A stretch of 64,000 nucleotides of DNA from an uncultured Lachnospiraceae bacterium (GTDB taxonomy: Bacteria; Bacillota; Clostridia; Lachnospirales; Lachnospiraceae): assembly GCA_964531805.1 (NCBI GenBank), contig CAZHGE010000001.1, positions 29,205 to 93,204 on the forward strand, in the 5' to 3' direction. Below, piece by piece: positions 17,652 through 27,413 of the stretch (positions are counted from its first letter, which is position 1; each line of letters begins with the position of its first letter). The notes below the pieces were generated by a model, which was not told the origin of the DNA, did not search any database, and saw only the letters and a list, made by a program, of their open reading frames with translations. The translations under genes and the position numbers were made by a program.

Positions 17652-19595
17652 CTAAATAATTCTTTTGAATTTCTTTTCTAATTCATATTTTGTCATGGAA
17701 ATAATCGTTGGTCTTCCATGAGGACAATGATAAGGATTTTCCAATGTCATTAATTCCTTAATCAATTCCTTAACTTCATCCCGGCTTAAGCGGTTATTTC
17801 CTTTCACTGCCGCTTTGCAGGACATGGAAGCAATCTTTTCATAAACCAATTCCTGTTTTCCTTTTGGAACATCACTGCATAATTCGTCCAAAAGTGATAA
17901 AAACATATCTCTCTCGTTTTGACCATACAAGTCAAGGGGAACTGTTCGGATTGCCATCTCATTGCTTCCAAAATCTTCTAATGTAAAGCCCAATTCTTCA
18001 AAATACTGCAAGTATTCTTCCAGTATTGTTTTTTCTTTGGATGATATGGAAATAATAACTGGTGGATTCAGTGTTTGTGTTTCAATCGTCTTTTCTTTGA
18101 AATGTTTTACCAAGCGTTCATATTTTACTTTTTCATGAGCAGCATGCTGATCCATAATCAACAGTTTTTCGCCATAAGCAAATAACCAATAGGTATCAAA
18201 TAACTGTCCTAAAATTTCATATTCTGATTCCGCTTCCTTGGATAAGAACGGAGTTTCAAATAAAGACATCTGTTCCGGGGCTTTGGCATATACAACCTGC
18301 CCTGCCTTAATCACATTAGTAGAATTTTTATTGCTAATATAAGGATCTTCTTTTGGTATTCCAATAATGGACGGCAGAATCCCCGATTCACGCAATGCCA
18401 GAGACTGATTTAAAACAGATGTTTCGGAATCATCCTGACAAGGTGCTGTTTGATAAGGAGCGGCTTCTTCTGCCAAAAAAACCGTATTTGCCGACTGGTT
18501 TACGGTATTTACCATACGAACAGATTCAAATGGTTCTGGCCCCTTTGGTGCTGCAGGTATTGCCGTTTCTTTTTTCTCATCAGATAAAGACACCTGTGGA
18601 ATCAGTTCCTGCATTTTTAAAACAGTACTAATTGTACTGGATATATAATCATAAAAATATTCATTATTTGAGAAACGAACATCCATTTTTGTAGGATGCA
18701 CATTAACATCTACCATTTCTGGTGAAACATCAATGTTTAAAATAAAAAATGGGAATTTATGCTGCATCATATAGGCGGCATAACCATCTTCTACAGCTTT
18801 AGAAATCAGACTGCTTTTAATATATCTTCCATTTACAAAATAATTTTCAAAATTACGGTTAGCACGACAGAGTGTTGGTTTGCCCAGCACACCATATATG
18901 GAAATGTCTTTTCCTTTCTGATTTACAGGAATAATTTCTTTTGCGATTTCCCTGCCATAGATCCGGTAAACCAGTTCTTTTAGATCTCCATTGCCGGAAG
19001 TATGGAATTTCATCTGACCATTCTGGATAAACTGAAATGAAACATCCGGCTTGGATAACGCCATGCGTTCACAGAGTTCGTTGATATAACTGCCTTCTGT
19101 TGTAGGACTTTTTAAAAATTTTTTACGGACAGGTGTATTAAAAAAGAGATTTTTCACAATGATTGTAGTCCCTTGGGGAACACCCACATCCTGAATGTCT
19201 TTTTCTACGGCTCCCTCAATCACATAGCGCGTTCCGGTAAGATCCTCTTCTGTTTTTGTGATAAGTTCGACCTGGGATACCGCTGCAATACTGGAAAGTG
19301 CTTCTCCTCTAAATCCAAGAGTTCCAATAGCAGTCAATTCAGATGCATCGCGGAGTTTACTGGTAGCATGGCGGTAAAACGCATTTTTAATCTGGCTTTT
19401 TTCGATTCCTTCACCGTTATCTGTAACACGGATAAAAGAAATGCCGCCTTCTTTGATTTCTACCGTTACAGCACTGGCACCAGCATCAATGGCATTTTCT
19501 ACGAGTTCTTTCACAACGCTGGATGGGCGCTCAACAACTTCGCCGGCTGCAATCTTATCAATTGTTTCTTCGCTCAGTATCTGTATTTTTGCCAT
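17652..19595 (-). CDS. mutL: DNA mismatch repair protein MutL
   Basis: GHKL ATPase N-terminus (IAAGEVVERPSSVVKELVENAIDAG, DNGEGI). C-terminal dimerisation/endonuclease region with the DQHAAHEKVKYE motif and CPHGRP. Confidence 0.95.
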   Translation of the reverse strand: MAKIQILSEETIDKIAAGEVVERPSSVVKELVENAIDAGASAVTVEIKEGGISFIRVTDNGEGIEKSQIKNAFYRHATSKLRDASELTAIGTLGFRGEALSSIAAVSQVELITKTEEDLTGTRYVIEGAVEKDIQDVGVPQGTTIIVKNLFFNTPVRKKFLKSPTTEGSYINELCERMALSKPDVSFQFIQNGQMKFHTSGNGDLKELVYRIYGREIAKEIIPVNQKGKDISIYGVLGKPTLCRANRNFENYFVNGRYIKSSLISKAVEDGYAAYMMQHKFPFFILNIDVSPEMVDVNVHPTKMDVRFSNNEYFYDYISSTISTVLKMQELIPQVSLSDEKKETAIPAAPKGPEPFESVRMVNTVNQSANTVFLAEEAAPYQTAPCQDDSETSVLNQSLALRESGILPSIIGIPKEDPYISNKNSTNVIKAGQVVYAKAPEQMSLFETPFLSKEAESEYEILGQLFDTYWLFAYGEKLLIMDQHAAHEKVKYERLVKHFKEKTIETQTLNPPVIISISSKEKTILEEYLQYFEELGFTLEDFGSNEMAIRTVPLDLYGQNERDMFLSLLDELCSDVPKGKQELVYEKIASMSCKAAVKGNNRLSRDEVKELIKELMTLENPYHCPHGRPTIISMTKYELEKKFKRII

Positions 19596-19618
19596 GTGGA
19601 CCTCCTTATTTGATTGAT

Positions 19619-19782
19619 AGAGATATCTGGTGGCGGGGATTTTGCATCCAATGCAGGCACGCTTGCGCTGCTTTCAGCTCGCAACGGTACATAAGACACC
19701 AAAATACGGTGTCTAAGTACCGGCGGCTTCAAAGCACCTGCGGTTGGATTGCAAAATCCTCCGCCTCAAATAGATATTCTCT
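19619..19782. other. nested inverted-repeat multi-stem element in the mutS-mutL spacer (candidate structured RNA or palindromic repeat element)
   Basis: The long arms are 19632-19662 GGCGGGGATTTTGCATCCAATGCAGGCACGC and 19734-19765 GCACCTGCGGTTGGATTGCAAAATCCTCCGCC. They are complementary apart from two 1-nt bulges and a small internal loop. Outer extensions are AGAGATATCT (19619-19628) and AGATATTCTCT (19772-19782). Inner hairpins lie at 19687-19721 (13 bp) and 19665-19682. The element is GC-rich relative to other spacers. Confidence 0.6.
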
Positions 19783-19838
19783 CGTCCTAAAATAGTAGTT
19801 ACATCAAAATATTCCGATTCAAAATAGTGTAATTATAT

Positions 19839-22496
19839 CTACTCACTCTTCCAACGATTGTTTAGTTTATTCTGTAATCGATACAAAGTATTAAGTGCAT
19901 CAAGTGGTGTTAAAGTGCTGATCTCGATGTTTTTCAACTCTTCAATTACATCTTCATCCTTGACAGTGTCAAACAGCGACAGCTGGTTGAGTTCTAATTC
20001 GTCTGGAACTTCGGTTTTGTTCTTCGTATCACTCTTTTGTGGGACGGAGATATTTTGAACGCGTTCAAGGATATCTTTGTCTAATAGTTCGAGTAAGATT
20101 TCTTTGGCGCGATCAATCACAATTTCGGGTACACCGGCAAGTTTCGCTACCTGAATACCATAACTGCGGTCTGCGCCGCCTTTGATAATCTTACGAAGGA
20201 ATACAATATCATCTCCTTTTTCTTTGACTGCAATACAGTAGTTGTTGACATTGTTTATTTTTCCTTCTAACTCTGTCAATTCGTGATAATGGGTGGCAAA
20301 AAGGGTTTTTGCTCCTAAAATCTTGGTATTGGAAATAAATTCAATTACCGACCAGGCAATACTTAACCCATCAAAGGTTGAAGTACCACGGCCAATCTCA
20401 TCCAATATTAATAAACTGTTTGATGTGGCATTACGAAGAATATTTGCTACTTCGTTCATTTCTACCATAAAAGTACTTTGTCCACTGGCAAGGTCATCCG
20501 ATGCACCGACTCTTGTAAAAATGCGGTCTACGATACCAATACTTGCCTTGGCCGCAGGAACAAATGAACCAATCTGTGCCATTAAGACGATAAGAGCACT
20601 CTGTCTCATGTATGTAGATTTACCTGCCATATTTGGACCTGTAATAACAGAAATACAGTTTTTACCATTATCCAGATACGTGTCATTCGGAATGAACATA
20701 TCATGCTCAATCACTTTTTCCACTACAGGATGTCTGCCGTCTTTAATCTGAATGGTACCTTTTTCATTTAGAGCAGGTCTTACATAATGGTTTTGCTCTG
20801 CCACCAGAGAAAGGGAGGCAAATACATCCAGTCTTGCGATCTCGTGAGCTGTTTTTTGGATGCGTTCTAACTGGCTTGCAATATGCTCGCGGATCTCGCA
20901 GAATTTATCATATTCTAATGTATATAATTTATCTTCTGCGTTTAAAATAGTATCTTCTAATTCCTTTAATCGTGGTGTTGTATAGCGTTCCGCATTGGTT
21001 AATGTCTGTTTACGGATATAATCCTCCGGAACCATGTCTTTAAAAGAATTTGTTACTTCAAAATAATATCCAAATACTTTGTTATATTTAATACGCAGGT
21101 TTTTGATGCCGGTACGTTCCTTATCTTCTGTTTCTAACTGCGCCAGCCATGTTTTGCCTTCTGTTTTGGCTTTGCGAAGCATATCAATATCCGGATCATA
21201 ACCATCTTTGATAATGCCGCCTTCTTTTAACTGTAATGGTGGTTCTTCCGTAATAGCTTCATCAATCAAAGTACAAATATCTTCTAATCCATCGATGGTT
21301 TCAGATATATGACGCAATGCTTCTGCATTCATCCCTCCTGTTACAGTCTTAATCGGAGGCATCATTTTCAGGGATTCCGCAAGAGCAATCATATCTCTTG
21401 GGTTAACTGTATGGAAACTGATTTTACCAATTAAACGTTCTAAATCATATACCGGATTTAAATATTCACGGATTTCATCACGCTCACATGGATTTTTGCA
21501 AAAATCATCAATAGCATCCAAACGGCGGATTATCTTTTCTTTATCAATGAGAGGTTGTTCAATATATTTTCGTAAAAGTCTGCCGCCCATTGCGGTCTTT
21601 GTTTTATCTAAAACACCAAGCAGGGAGCCTTTTTTCTGCTTATCTCTAAGTGTTTCGCATAATTCCAAATTCCGTCTTGTAGCACTGTCAAGGAGCATGT
21701 ATTTATTTGTCAAATACGGATAAATATGAGTTAAATGGCTCAGGGAATTTTTCTGTGTATCATACAGATACTGCATGAGTGCACCTGCAGCCACTGTTCC
21801 AATCGGGAATTCCTCAATTCCAATTCCCTGTAAAGAAAGTACATGAAAATGCTTAAGCAATACCTTCTTGCACTGGTCCTCATCAAAGAAATGAGGATCC
21901 AATGGAAAAATACAAATTCCTAAACGATTTTTCAATTCTTCAATCTGTACTCCGCTTACTAAAAAAGCATCATTGCAGATGATTTCTGCAGGATTGTATT
22001 TTACAATCTCATCTAATAACTGATTCTTATCCGCTACTTCTGTCAGATAATAATCACCAGTTGTGATATCCACAATAGAAATACCAATCACTTCATCAAA
22101 ATAAGCAATACACATCAGATAATTGTTTTTATTATCTTCAAATGCCTGAGTATTTTGATTTGTACCCGGGGTAACAATGCGGGTGACTTCTCTTTTAACA
22201 AGTCCTTTTGTTAGTTTAGGATCTTCTACCTGTTCACAGATAGCAACTTTATAACCTTTGGAGATTAATTTATTCAAATACCCTTCCACGGAATGATAGG
22301 GAACGCCACACATAGGGGCACGTTCTTCCAAACCGCAGCTTTTACCGGTTAAAGTTATTTCCAGTTCTTTGGATACCACAATGGCATCTTCAAAAAACAT
22401 TTCATAGAAATCTCCTAAACGGTAAAATAAGATACAATCCTTATACTGTTCTTTTGTTGCAATATATTGCTGCATCATGGGTGTCATTTCTGCCAT
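19839..22496 (-). CDS. mutS: DNA mismatch repair protein MutS
   Basis: N-terminal mismatch-binding motif (TPMMQQY...FYRLGDFYEMF), Walker A GPNMAGKST and the TFMVEM motif. Confidence 0.95.
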   Translation of the reverse strand: MAEMTPMMQQYIATKEQYKDCILFYRLGDFYEMFFEDAIVVSKELEITLTGKSCGLEERAPMCGVPYHSVEGYLNKLISKGYKVAICEQVEDPKLTKGLVKREVTRIVTPGTNQNTQAFEDNKNNYLMCIAYFDEVIGISIVDITTGDYYLTEVADKNQLLDEIVKYNPAEIICNDAFLVSGVQIEELKNRLGICIFPLDPHFFDEDQCKKVLLKHFHVLSLQGIGIEEFPIGTVAAGALMQYLYDTQKNSLSHLTHIYPYLTNKYMLLDSATRRNLELCETLRDKQKKGSLLGVLDKTKTAMGGRLLRKYIEQPLIDKEKIIRRLDAIDDFCKNPCERDEIREYLNPVYDLERLIGKISFHTVNPRDMIALAESLKMMPPIKTVTGGMNAEALRHISETIDGLEDICTLIDEAITEEPPLQLKEGGIIKDGYDPDIDMLRKAKTEGKTWLAQLETEDKERTGIKNLRIKYNKVFGYYFEVTNSFKDMVPEDYIRKQTLTNAERYTTPRLKELEDTILNAEDKLYTLEYDKFCEIREHIASQLERIQKTAHEIARLDVFASLSLVAEQNHYVRPALNEKGTIQIKDGRHPVVEKVIEHDMFIPNDTYLDNGKNCISVITGPNMAGKSTYMRQSALIVLMAQIGSFVPAAKASIGIVDRIFTRVGASDDLASGQSTFMVEMNEVANILRNATSNSLLILDEIGRGTSTFDGLSIAWSVIEFISNTKILGAKTLFATHYHELTELEGKINNVNNYCIAVKEKGDDIVFLRKIIKGGADRSYGIQVAKLAGVPEIVIDRAKEILLELLDKDILERVQNISVPQKSDTKNKTEVPDELELNQLSLFDTVKDEDVIEELKNIEISTLTPLDALNTLYRLQNKLNNRWKSE

Positions 22497-22519
22497 GACT
22501 TAATCCTCTTTCCTTGTAA

Positions 22520-23953
22520 TTAAACAGGCTCTCCAAAATAATAAAAGCCTTTTGCTTCTGTTAATCTTACAGTTACAATCTGCCCGATTAAAGAAGCATC
22601 TCCTTTGAAATGCACAAGTGCATTATTGGATAATCTGCCAGTAACCAGACTGGTATCATGCTCATTTTGTTCTTCTACTAAAACTGTATGAATTTGTCCT
22701 GTTAATGTTCCAGCCTGAGCAGCAGCTGTCTGCTGAACGGCTTCCAGTACACGGTTAAACTGTGCCTGTGCTTCTTCTTCCGGTACTTGGTTATCCATGG
22801 TTGCGGCCGGTGTTCCGGTACGTTTCGAATAGATAAACGTAAATGCATTATTATACTGAGCTTTGCGTACCACATCAATGGTCTCATCCACGTCTTCTTT
22901 TGTTTCACCTGGAAAACCAACGATAATATCCGTTGTCAATGCCAAATCAGGAATCTCACTGCGCAGTTTTTCAACCAATGCAAGGTAGGATTCTTTTGTG
23001 TAACGGCGGTTCATTTTTTCTAATATTCTGGTCGAACCAGACTGTAATGGTAAATGTAAATGACGGCAGATCTTTTTGGAGTTTTTCATTACCTCAATCA
23101 ATTCATCTGATAAATCCTTTGGATGGGATGTCATAAAACGGATTCGTTCAATGCCGTCAATTTTTTCTACTTCCTGTAATAGTGCTGCAAAGGAAACTGG
23201 ATTTTCTAAGTTCTTGCCATAGGAATTTACATTCTGGCCAAGAAGCATAACTTCCTTTACGCCATCCGCTGCCAGTGCTCTGATCTCATTTAAAATTTCC
23301 GCCACCTCACGGCTTCTTTCCCGTCCTCTTACATAGGGAACAATGCAGTAACTACAGAAATTATTACATCCAAACATGATATTAACACCGGATTTGAATT
23401 TATATTTTCGGTCCGTCGGAAGGGATTCCACAATCTTATCCGTACTTTCCCATATATCTACAATCATTTCGCCGCTTTTATTGGTCAGCGTGCGGTATAA
23501 TAATTCTGCAAAACAGAAAATATTATGTGTTCCAAAAACAAGATCTACCTGACGATAGCTTTTCTTTAACTTCTCAATGACAGTTGGCTCCTGCATCATA
23601 CATCCGCATAAAGCAATTTTCATTGCTGGATTTTTCTTTTTATAGTGCTGCAACTGACCCAAACGGCCATATACACGCTGGTTAGCATTATCGCGTACCG
23701 TACAGGTGTTATAGATGACAAAATCAGCATCTTCTGACTCTACAATCTCATACCCTGCTTCTTCTAAAATACCAACCAGTTTTTCGCTGTCTTTGGCATT
23801 CATCTGACAACCAAAGGTGGTTACACAACAAGTAGGCTTTTTGCCTTTTTCTTCTATCTGCGCTGCAATTAATTCTTTTAATTTATTTAAATATTCCTGC
23901 TGTCTTCTGCCTTCTTCTTCGTTGACAGCTTTTGGTGCATTTTTAAATTCCAT
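22520..23953 (-). CDS. miaB: tRNA (N6-isopentenyl-A37) methylthiotransferase
   Basis: UPF0004 N-terminal domain (TFGCQMN), radical-SAM CxxxCxxC (CNNFCSYC) and a C-terminal TRAM domain. Confidence 0.95.
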   Translation of the reverse strand: MEFKNAPKAVNEEEGRRQQEYLNKLKELIAAQIEEKGKKPTCCVTTFGCQMNAKDSEKLVGILEEAGYEIVESEDADFVIYNTCTVRDNANQRVYGRLGQLQHYKKKNPAMKIALCGCMMQEPTVIEKLKKSYRQVDLVFGTHNIFCFAELLYRTLTNKSGEMIVDIWESTDKIVESLPTDRKYKFKSGVNIMFGCNNFCSYCIVPYVRGRERSREVAEILNEIRALAADGVKEVMLLGQNVNSYGKNLENPVSFAALLQEVEKIDGIERIRFMTSHPKDLSDELIEVMKNSKKICRHLHLPLQSGSTRILEKMNRRYTKESYLALVEKLRSEIPDLALTTDIIVGFPGETKEDVDETIDVVRKAQYNNAFTFIYSKRTGTPAATMDNQVPEEEAQAQFNRVLEAVQQTAAAQAGTLTGQIHTVLVEEQNEHDTSLVTGRLSNNALVHFKGDASLIGQIVTVRLTEAKGFYYFGEPV

Positions 23954-23970
23954 TTATTTCCTCATTTCAT

Positions 23971-24582
23971 TTATATAAAATAATGTTTACACTCATTTGC
24001 TTTTATAATGTGTCGTATTTTTTCTTCTGTTACAATTGTCGTTACCGGAATATCATGCTCATCTGCTGGAATCGTTTCTACCATCTGCATTTCATAACAA
24101 AGAGCAATTCTTTCTTTGCATGTAATCCGCATCAGATAACGGTCGTAATAACCCTTTCCATATCCTATACGGGCACCCGTTTCACTGAATGCTGCCCCCG
24201 GAAGAAACATTACAGTATGCGCCGTGTTTTCTTCCCAAATCTTTTTTGTAAAAATACCAGCGCAATTTACAGAAGGTTCCGGGATTCCTTTATATCCTTC
24301 CGCTAAATCTGCAAGGCTTTTGATATGGTAAAACTCCATCTCCTCACCAGCTACCTTTGGAAGATATATTTGTTTTTCCATTTTAAACAGTTCTTCCATT
24401 AATTCCCCAGTCATGACTTCGCTTTTATAACTTGCATAGCATAGGATATATCTGGCAGTCTGTATTTGTGAAAGGGATAATACATTCTGCATAATATCCA
24501 TACTTTTTTTTGCACATTCGTCAAGAGGCATGGCATTGCGAAGGCTTAAAATCTGTTTCCTAATGGAGTTTTTTGTTTCCAT
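23971..24582 (-). CDS. 5-formyltetrahydrofolate cyclo-ligase
   Basis: Family pattern KNSIRKQIL..R...; GIPEP; PGAAFSETGARIGYGKGYYDRYL. The start is set at ATG 24582 (METKNS), 6 nt after GGAG. The longer track start would overlap the upstream gene by 59 nt. Confidence 0.85.
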   Translation of the reverse strand: METKNSIRKQILSLRNAMPLDECAKKSMDIMQNVLSLSQIQTARYILCYASYKSEVMTGELMEELFKMEKQIYLPKVAGEEMEFYHIKSLADLAEGYKGIPEPSVNCAGIFTKKIWEENTAHTVMFLPGAAFSETGARIGYGKGYYDRYLMRITCKERIALCYEMQMVETIPADEHDIPVTTIVTEEKIRHIIKANECKHYFI

Positions 24583-24808
24583 ATTTTTCTCCAAGGTTAG
24601 TAACCGAACCATCTTCATTCTGAATATCGATATTATTCAACTGTCCGCGTAAATTACGTCTTACATTTAAAATATATTTTTGCCGCAGTTCTTTCTGTTC
24701 TTCTTTTTCTTCTTCTGTTAAACCTTCATTTTGAGATTTGTGATACAGGGCATTGATTCTGTCAATGGTTTCCTGCATGTTCATATCCTGAATATTCTTA
24801 TTAGACAT
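24560..24808 (-). CDS. UPF0291/DUF896 family small protein
   Basis: 82 aa: IDRINALYHKSQNEGLTEEEKEEQKELRQKYILNVRRNLRGQL, typical of the YnzC-like family. Confidence 0.8.
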   Translation of the reverse strand: MSNKNIQDMNMQETIDRINALYHKSQNEGLTEEEKEEQKELRQKYILNVRRNLRGQLNNIDIQNEDGSVTNLGEKYGNKKLH

Positions 24809-24822
24809 AAAATAAACTCCTT

Positions 24823-25716
24823 TTAGGAATGCATATTTTGGATAAAATCAATAACATCAAAGGACTCATCCTTATTTGCTTTGAACCAGGTTCCCAGATT
24901 GCGCCCGTCCATAAGTCTATGGATAATACGGATATCACTGCTGTTTGCAATAATCATATCTGCACCACAACTGGTTGAAATCTTAGCTGCATTCATTTTA
25001 GTATTCATACCACCAGTGCCTACATTGCTTCCTGTACTGGCTTTTCCCATATTCATGTATTCATCTGTAAGCACATCGACTTCTTCAATGAATTTGGCAT
25101 CTTTATTTACACGAGGATCATCCGAATATAAACCATCGATGTCGGATAAAAGAATCAGGAGATCAGCATTTACCAAAGAAGCCACAATGGCTGATAAAGT
25201 ATCATTATCACCGATCAAAATATCATCTTCTCCAACACGAATCTCATATGTGGAAACGGTATCGTTTTCATTTACAATCGGAATAACGCCTAAATTTAAA
25301 AGTTCGGTAAAAGTGTTGTAGGCATTTTCTCTGTTTACATCATCTACAATTGTATTTTTAGTCATCAGAATCTGAGCGGCAATCTGATTGTATTCTGCAA
25401 AGATTTTCTGATAGGTCATCATGAGTCTCGCCTGTCCAATAGCAGCACATGCTTGTTTAAAGCCCATATGTTTACCGTTTTTGCTCTGGGCATGGGCTCC
25501 AACAGCTTTTTTACCCACCGCGATGGCACCACTGCTGACTAAGATGACATCCTTACCCTGATTACGGATATTACATAATTCCCTGCATAAAACATCCAGT
25601 TTGGTATAGTCTAAGTCACCGGTTTCTTTATGCTGTAAAGAAGAGGAACCGATCTTAATAACGATTCTCTGTTTGTCTTTGATTCCTTCACGTAATTTTT
25701 CCACAATAGCCTCCAC
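24823..25716 (-). CDS. proB: glutamate 5-kinase (no PUA domain)
   Basis: Amino-acid kinase motifs: VIKIGSSSL, LVSSGAIAVG, IPIVNENDTV, GDNDTLSA, GTGGMNTK. The track start at 25716 is GTG inside GTGGAGG. An alternative GTG at 25704 lies 5 nt after GGAGG, so the start is uncertain. Confidence 0.85.
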   Translation of the reverse strand: MEAIVEKLREGIKDKQRIVIKIGSSSLQHKETGDLDYTKLDVLCRELCNIRNQGKDVILVSSGAIAVGKKAVGAHAQSKNGKHMGFKQACAAIGQARLMMTYQKIFAEYNQIAAQILMTKNTIVDDVNRENAYNTFTELLNLGVIPIVNENDTVSTYEIRVGEDDILIGDNDTLSAIVASLVNADLLILLSDIDGLYSDDPRVNKDAKFIEEVDVLTDEYMNMGKASTGSNVGTGGMNTKMNAAKISTSCGADMIIANSSDIRIIHRLMDGRNLGTWFKANKDESFDVIDFIQNMHS

Positions 25717-25743
25717 AAAATGTATTCATAACGCTTTATTATA

Positions 25744-27399
25744 CTATATACAGTATTTTTTCGCAATTGCTTCTGCAATGGCAAGTCCATCCATTGCAGC
25801 TGATGTAATCCCTCCGGCATAACCAGCACCTTCCCCACAAGGATAAAGACCTTTAATTGCAGATTCACAAGCATTGTCACGGGTAATTCGAACCGGAGAA
25901 GAGGTACGGCTTTCGATGCCGGCTAATATACAAAAATCATCATCAAAGCCCGGTATTACCCTTCCAAATCTTGTCATGCCTTCTATAAAAGCGGTATGAA
26001 TGGAAGTAGAAAATAATGAACGCAGGTCGCTAAAGGCATATCCGCCTTTGATACAAGGTTCAAATGGCTTATGAATGAATTCTTGTTTTCCACTTATACC
26101 GGTAAAATCATGGTAATACTGGACTGGAATACTACCTTTTCCCAACCGAAATGCTTTTTCTTCTAATTCTCTTTGGAATTGTACACCCGCTAAAGGATGG
26201 TCACTTCCAAAATCCTCTTTTGTCACGGATACAATAATGGCACTATTAGCCACACCACTGTTTCGACCACTATAACTCATACCATTTACAGCGAGTCTGC
26301 CCTCTTCACTGGAGGCATTTACGACATAGCCCCCAGGGCACATACAGAATGAATAAACACCTCTATTGACTGATGTCTTGTCAGCTAGTTTATAAGCTGC
26401 TGTCGGAAGCTTATGATCCATGTTATTTCTTCCATACTGAGAATAATCAACTAATGATTGAGGATGCTGCACACGCATTCCCACCGCAAAATCTTTTGCT
26501 TCCATAGGAACATGATGTCTATACAAGATTTCAAAAGTATCTCTGGCACTATGGCCGATAGCCAGAATCACGCTTTCTACCGGGATTTTCTCAGTATTAT
26601 TTATGACTAGTCCGGTCAAAGCGTTGCTCTGAATGATAAAATCAGTAACCGTACTTTCATAATGTATCTCAGCGCCCCATGCAAGCATTTTATCACGCAT
26701 ATTGGCAACGGTTCTTGATAATACATCGGTTCCAATATGAGGCTTGCTGTCATATAAAATATGTTCCGGGGCTCCATTTTCTACAAAAATACGAAGCACT
26801 TCTTTATTTCTGCCGGTTTTATCTTTAATCAATGTATTTAATTTGCCATCTGAGAAGGTCCCAGCACCGCCTTCTCCAAACTGTACATTAGAATGGAGAA
26901 ATAGTTTACCAGTTCTCCAGAATTCTTCCACATCCTGAGTACGCTCTTCCACCCTTTTACCACGTTCATAGATAATAGGACGATATCCTGCTTTTGCTAA
27001 TATGTATCCTGCAAAAAGTCCGGCAGGCCCCATTCCGATAATAACGGGCGGCTGTTTCATCTTCTGTGTGCCGCTTATGGCAAATTCATAAGACTGTTCT
27101 TTATAAGGAATCATATCCGATGTCTTGTGTTTTTTAAGCAGTTTTTCAGCCAAAGAAGCATTTTTAAATTTGCAGCATACGGAATACACCCAGAATAACT
27201 GTGGTTTTTTCCTGGCATCCAAAGATTTTTTCAATATTTGGAGTTCTATTATATTATCTGGCGAAAGTCGAAACTGTTTACAGATTTTTTTCTTAATACA
27301 TGCCAGTTCACTTACTATTTCCTGTTTGTTTTTTACGCAGCCATCTTTTACAGACGTAATTTCTTCCACAGGAATTTTAATTTGATTAATCTGAAGCAT
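25744..27399 (-). CDS. FAD-dependent protein (COG2509-type uncharacterised dehydrogenase)
   Basis: Dinucleotide-binding GMGPAGLFAG plus the FGEGGAGTFSDGKL and CGEGAGYAGGI motifs characteristic of this family. Confidence 0.8.
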   Translation of the reverse strand: MLQINQIKIPVEEITSVKDGCVKNKQEIVSELACIKKKICKQFRLSPDNIIELQILKKSLDARKKPQLFWVYSVCCKFKNASLAEKLLKKHKTSDMIPYKEQSYEFAISGTQKMKQPPVIIGMGPAGLFAGYILAKAGYRPIIYERGKRVEERTQDVEEFWRTGKLFLHSNVQFGEGGAGTFSDGKLNTLIKDKTGRNKEVLRIFVENGAPEHILYDSKPHIGTDVLSRTVANMRDKMLAWGAEIHYESTVTDFIIQSNALTGLVINNTEKIPVESVILAIGHSARDTFEILYRHHVPMEAKDFAVGMRVQHPQSLVDYSQYGRNNMDHKLPTAAYKLADKTSVNRGVYSFCMCPGGYVVNASSEEGRLAVNGMSYSGRNSGVANSAIIVSVTKEDFGSDHPLAGVQFQRELEEKAFRLGKGSIPVQYYHDFTGISGKQEFIHKPFEPCIKGGYAFSDLRSLFSTSIHTAFIEGMTRFGRVIPGFDDDFCILAGIESRTSSPVRITRDNACESAIKGLYPCGEGAGYAGGITSAAMDGLAIAEAIAKKYCI

Positions 27400-27413
27400 T
27401 TATGATGCCCTTT

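Noticed and set aside
19523-19795. 90-aa plus-strand ORF spanning the mutS-mutL spacer
   Set aside because: It starts antisense inside mutL and has no RBS. Its sequence is Cys/Arg-rich nonsense that mirrors the inverted repeat, so the palindromic element explains the open frame better than coding does.
25611-25880. 89-aa minus-strand ORF bridging the proB start and the FAD-protein stop
   Set aside because: It overlaps two well-supported genes out of frame, and I recognise no motif in it.
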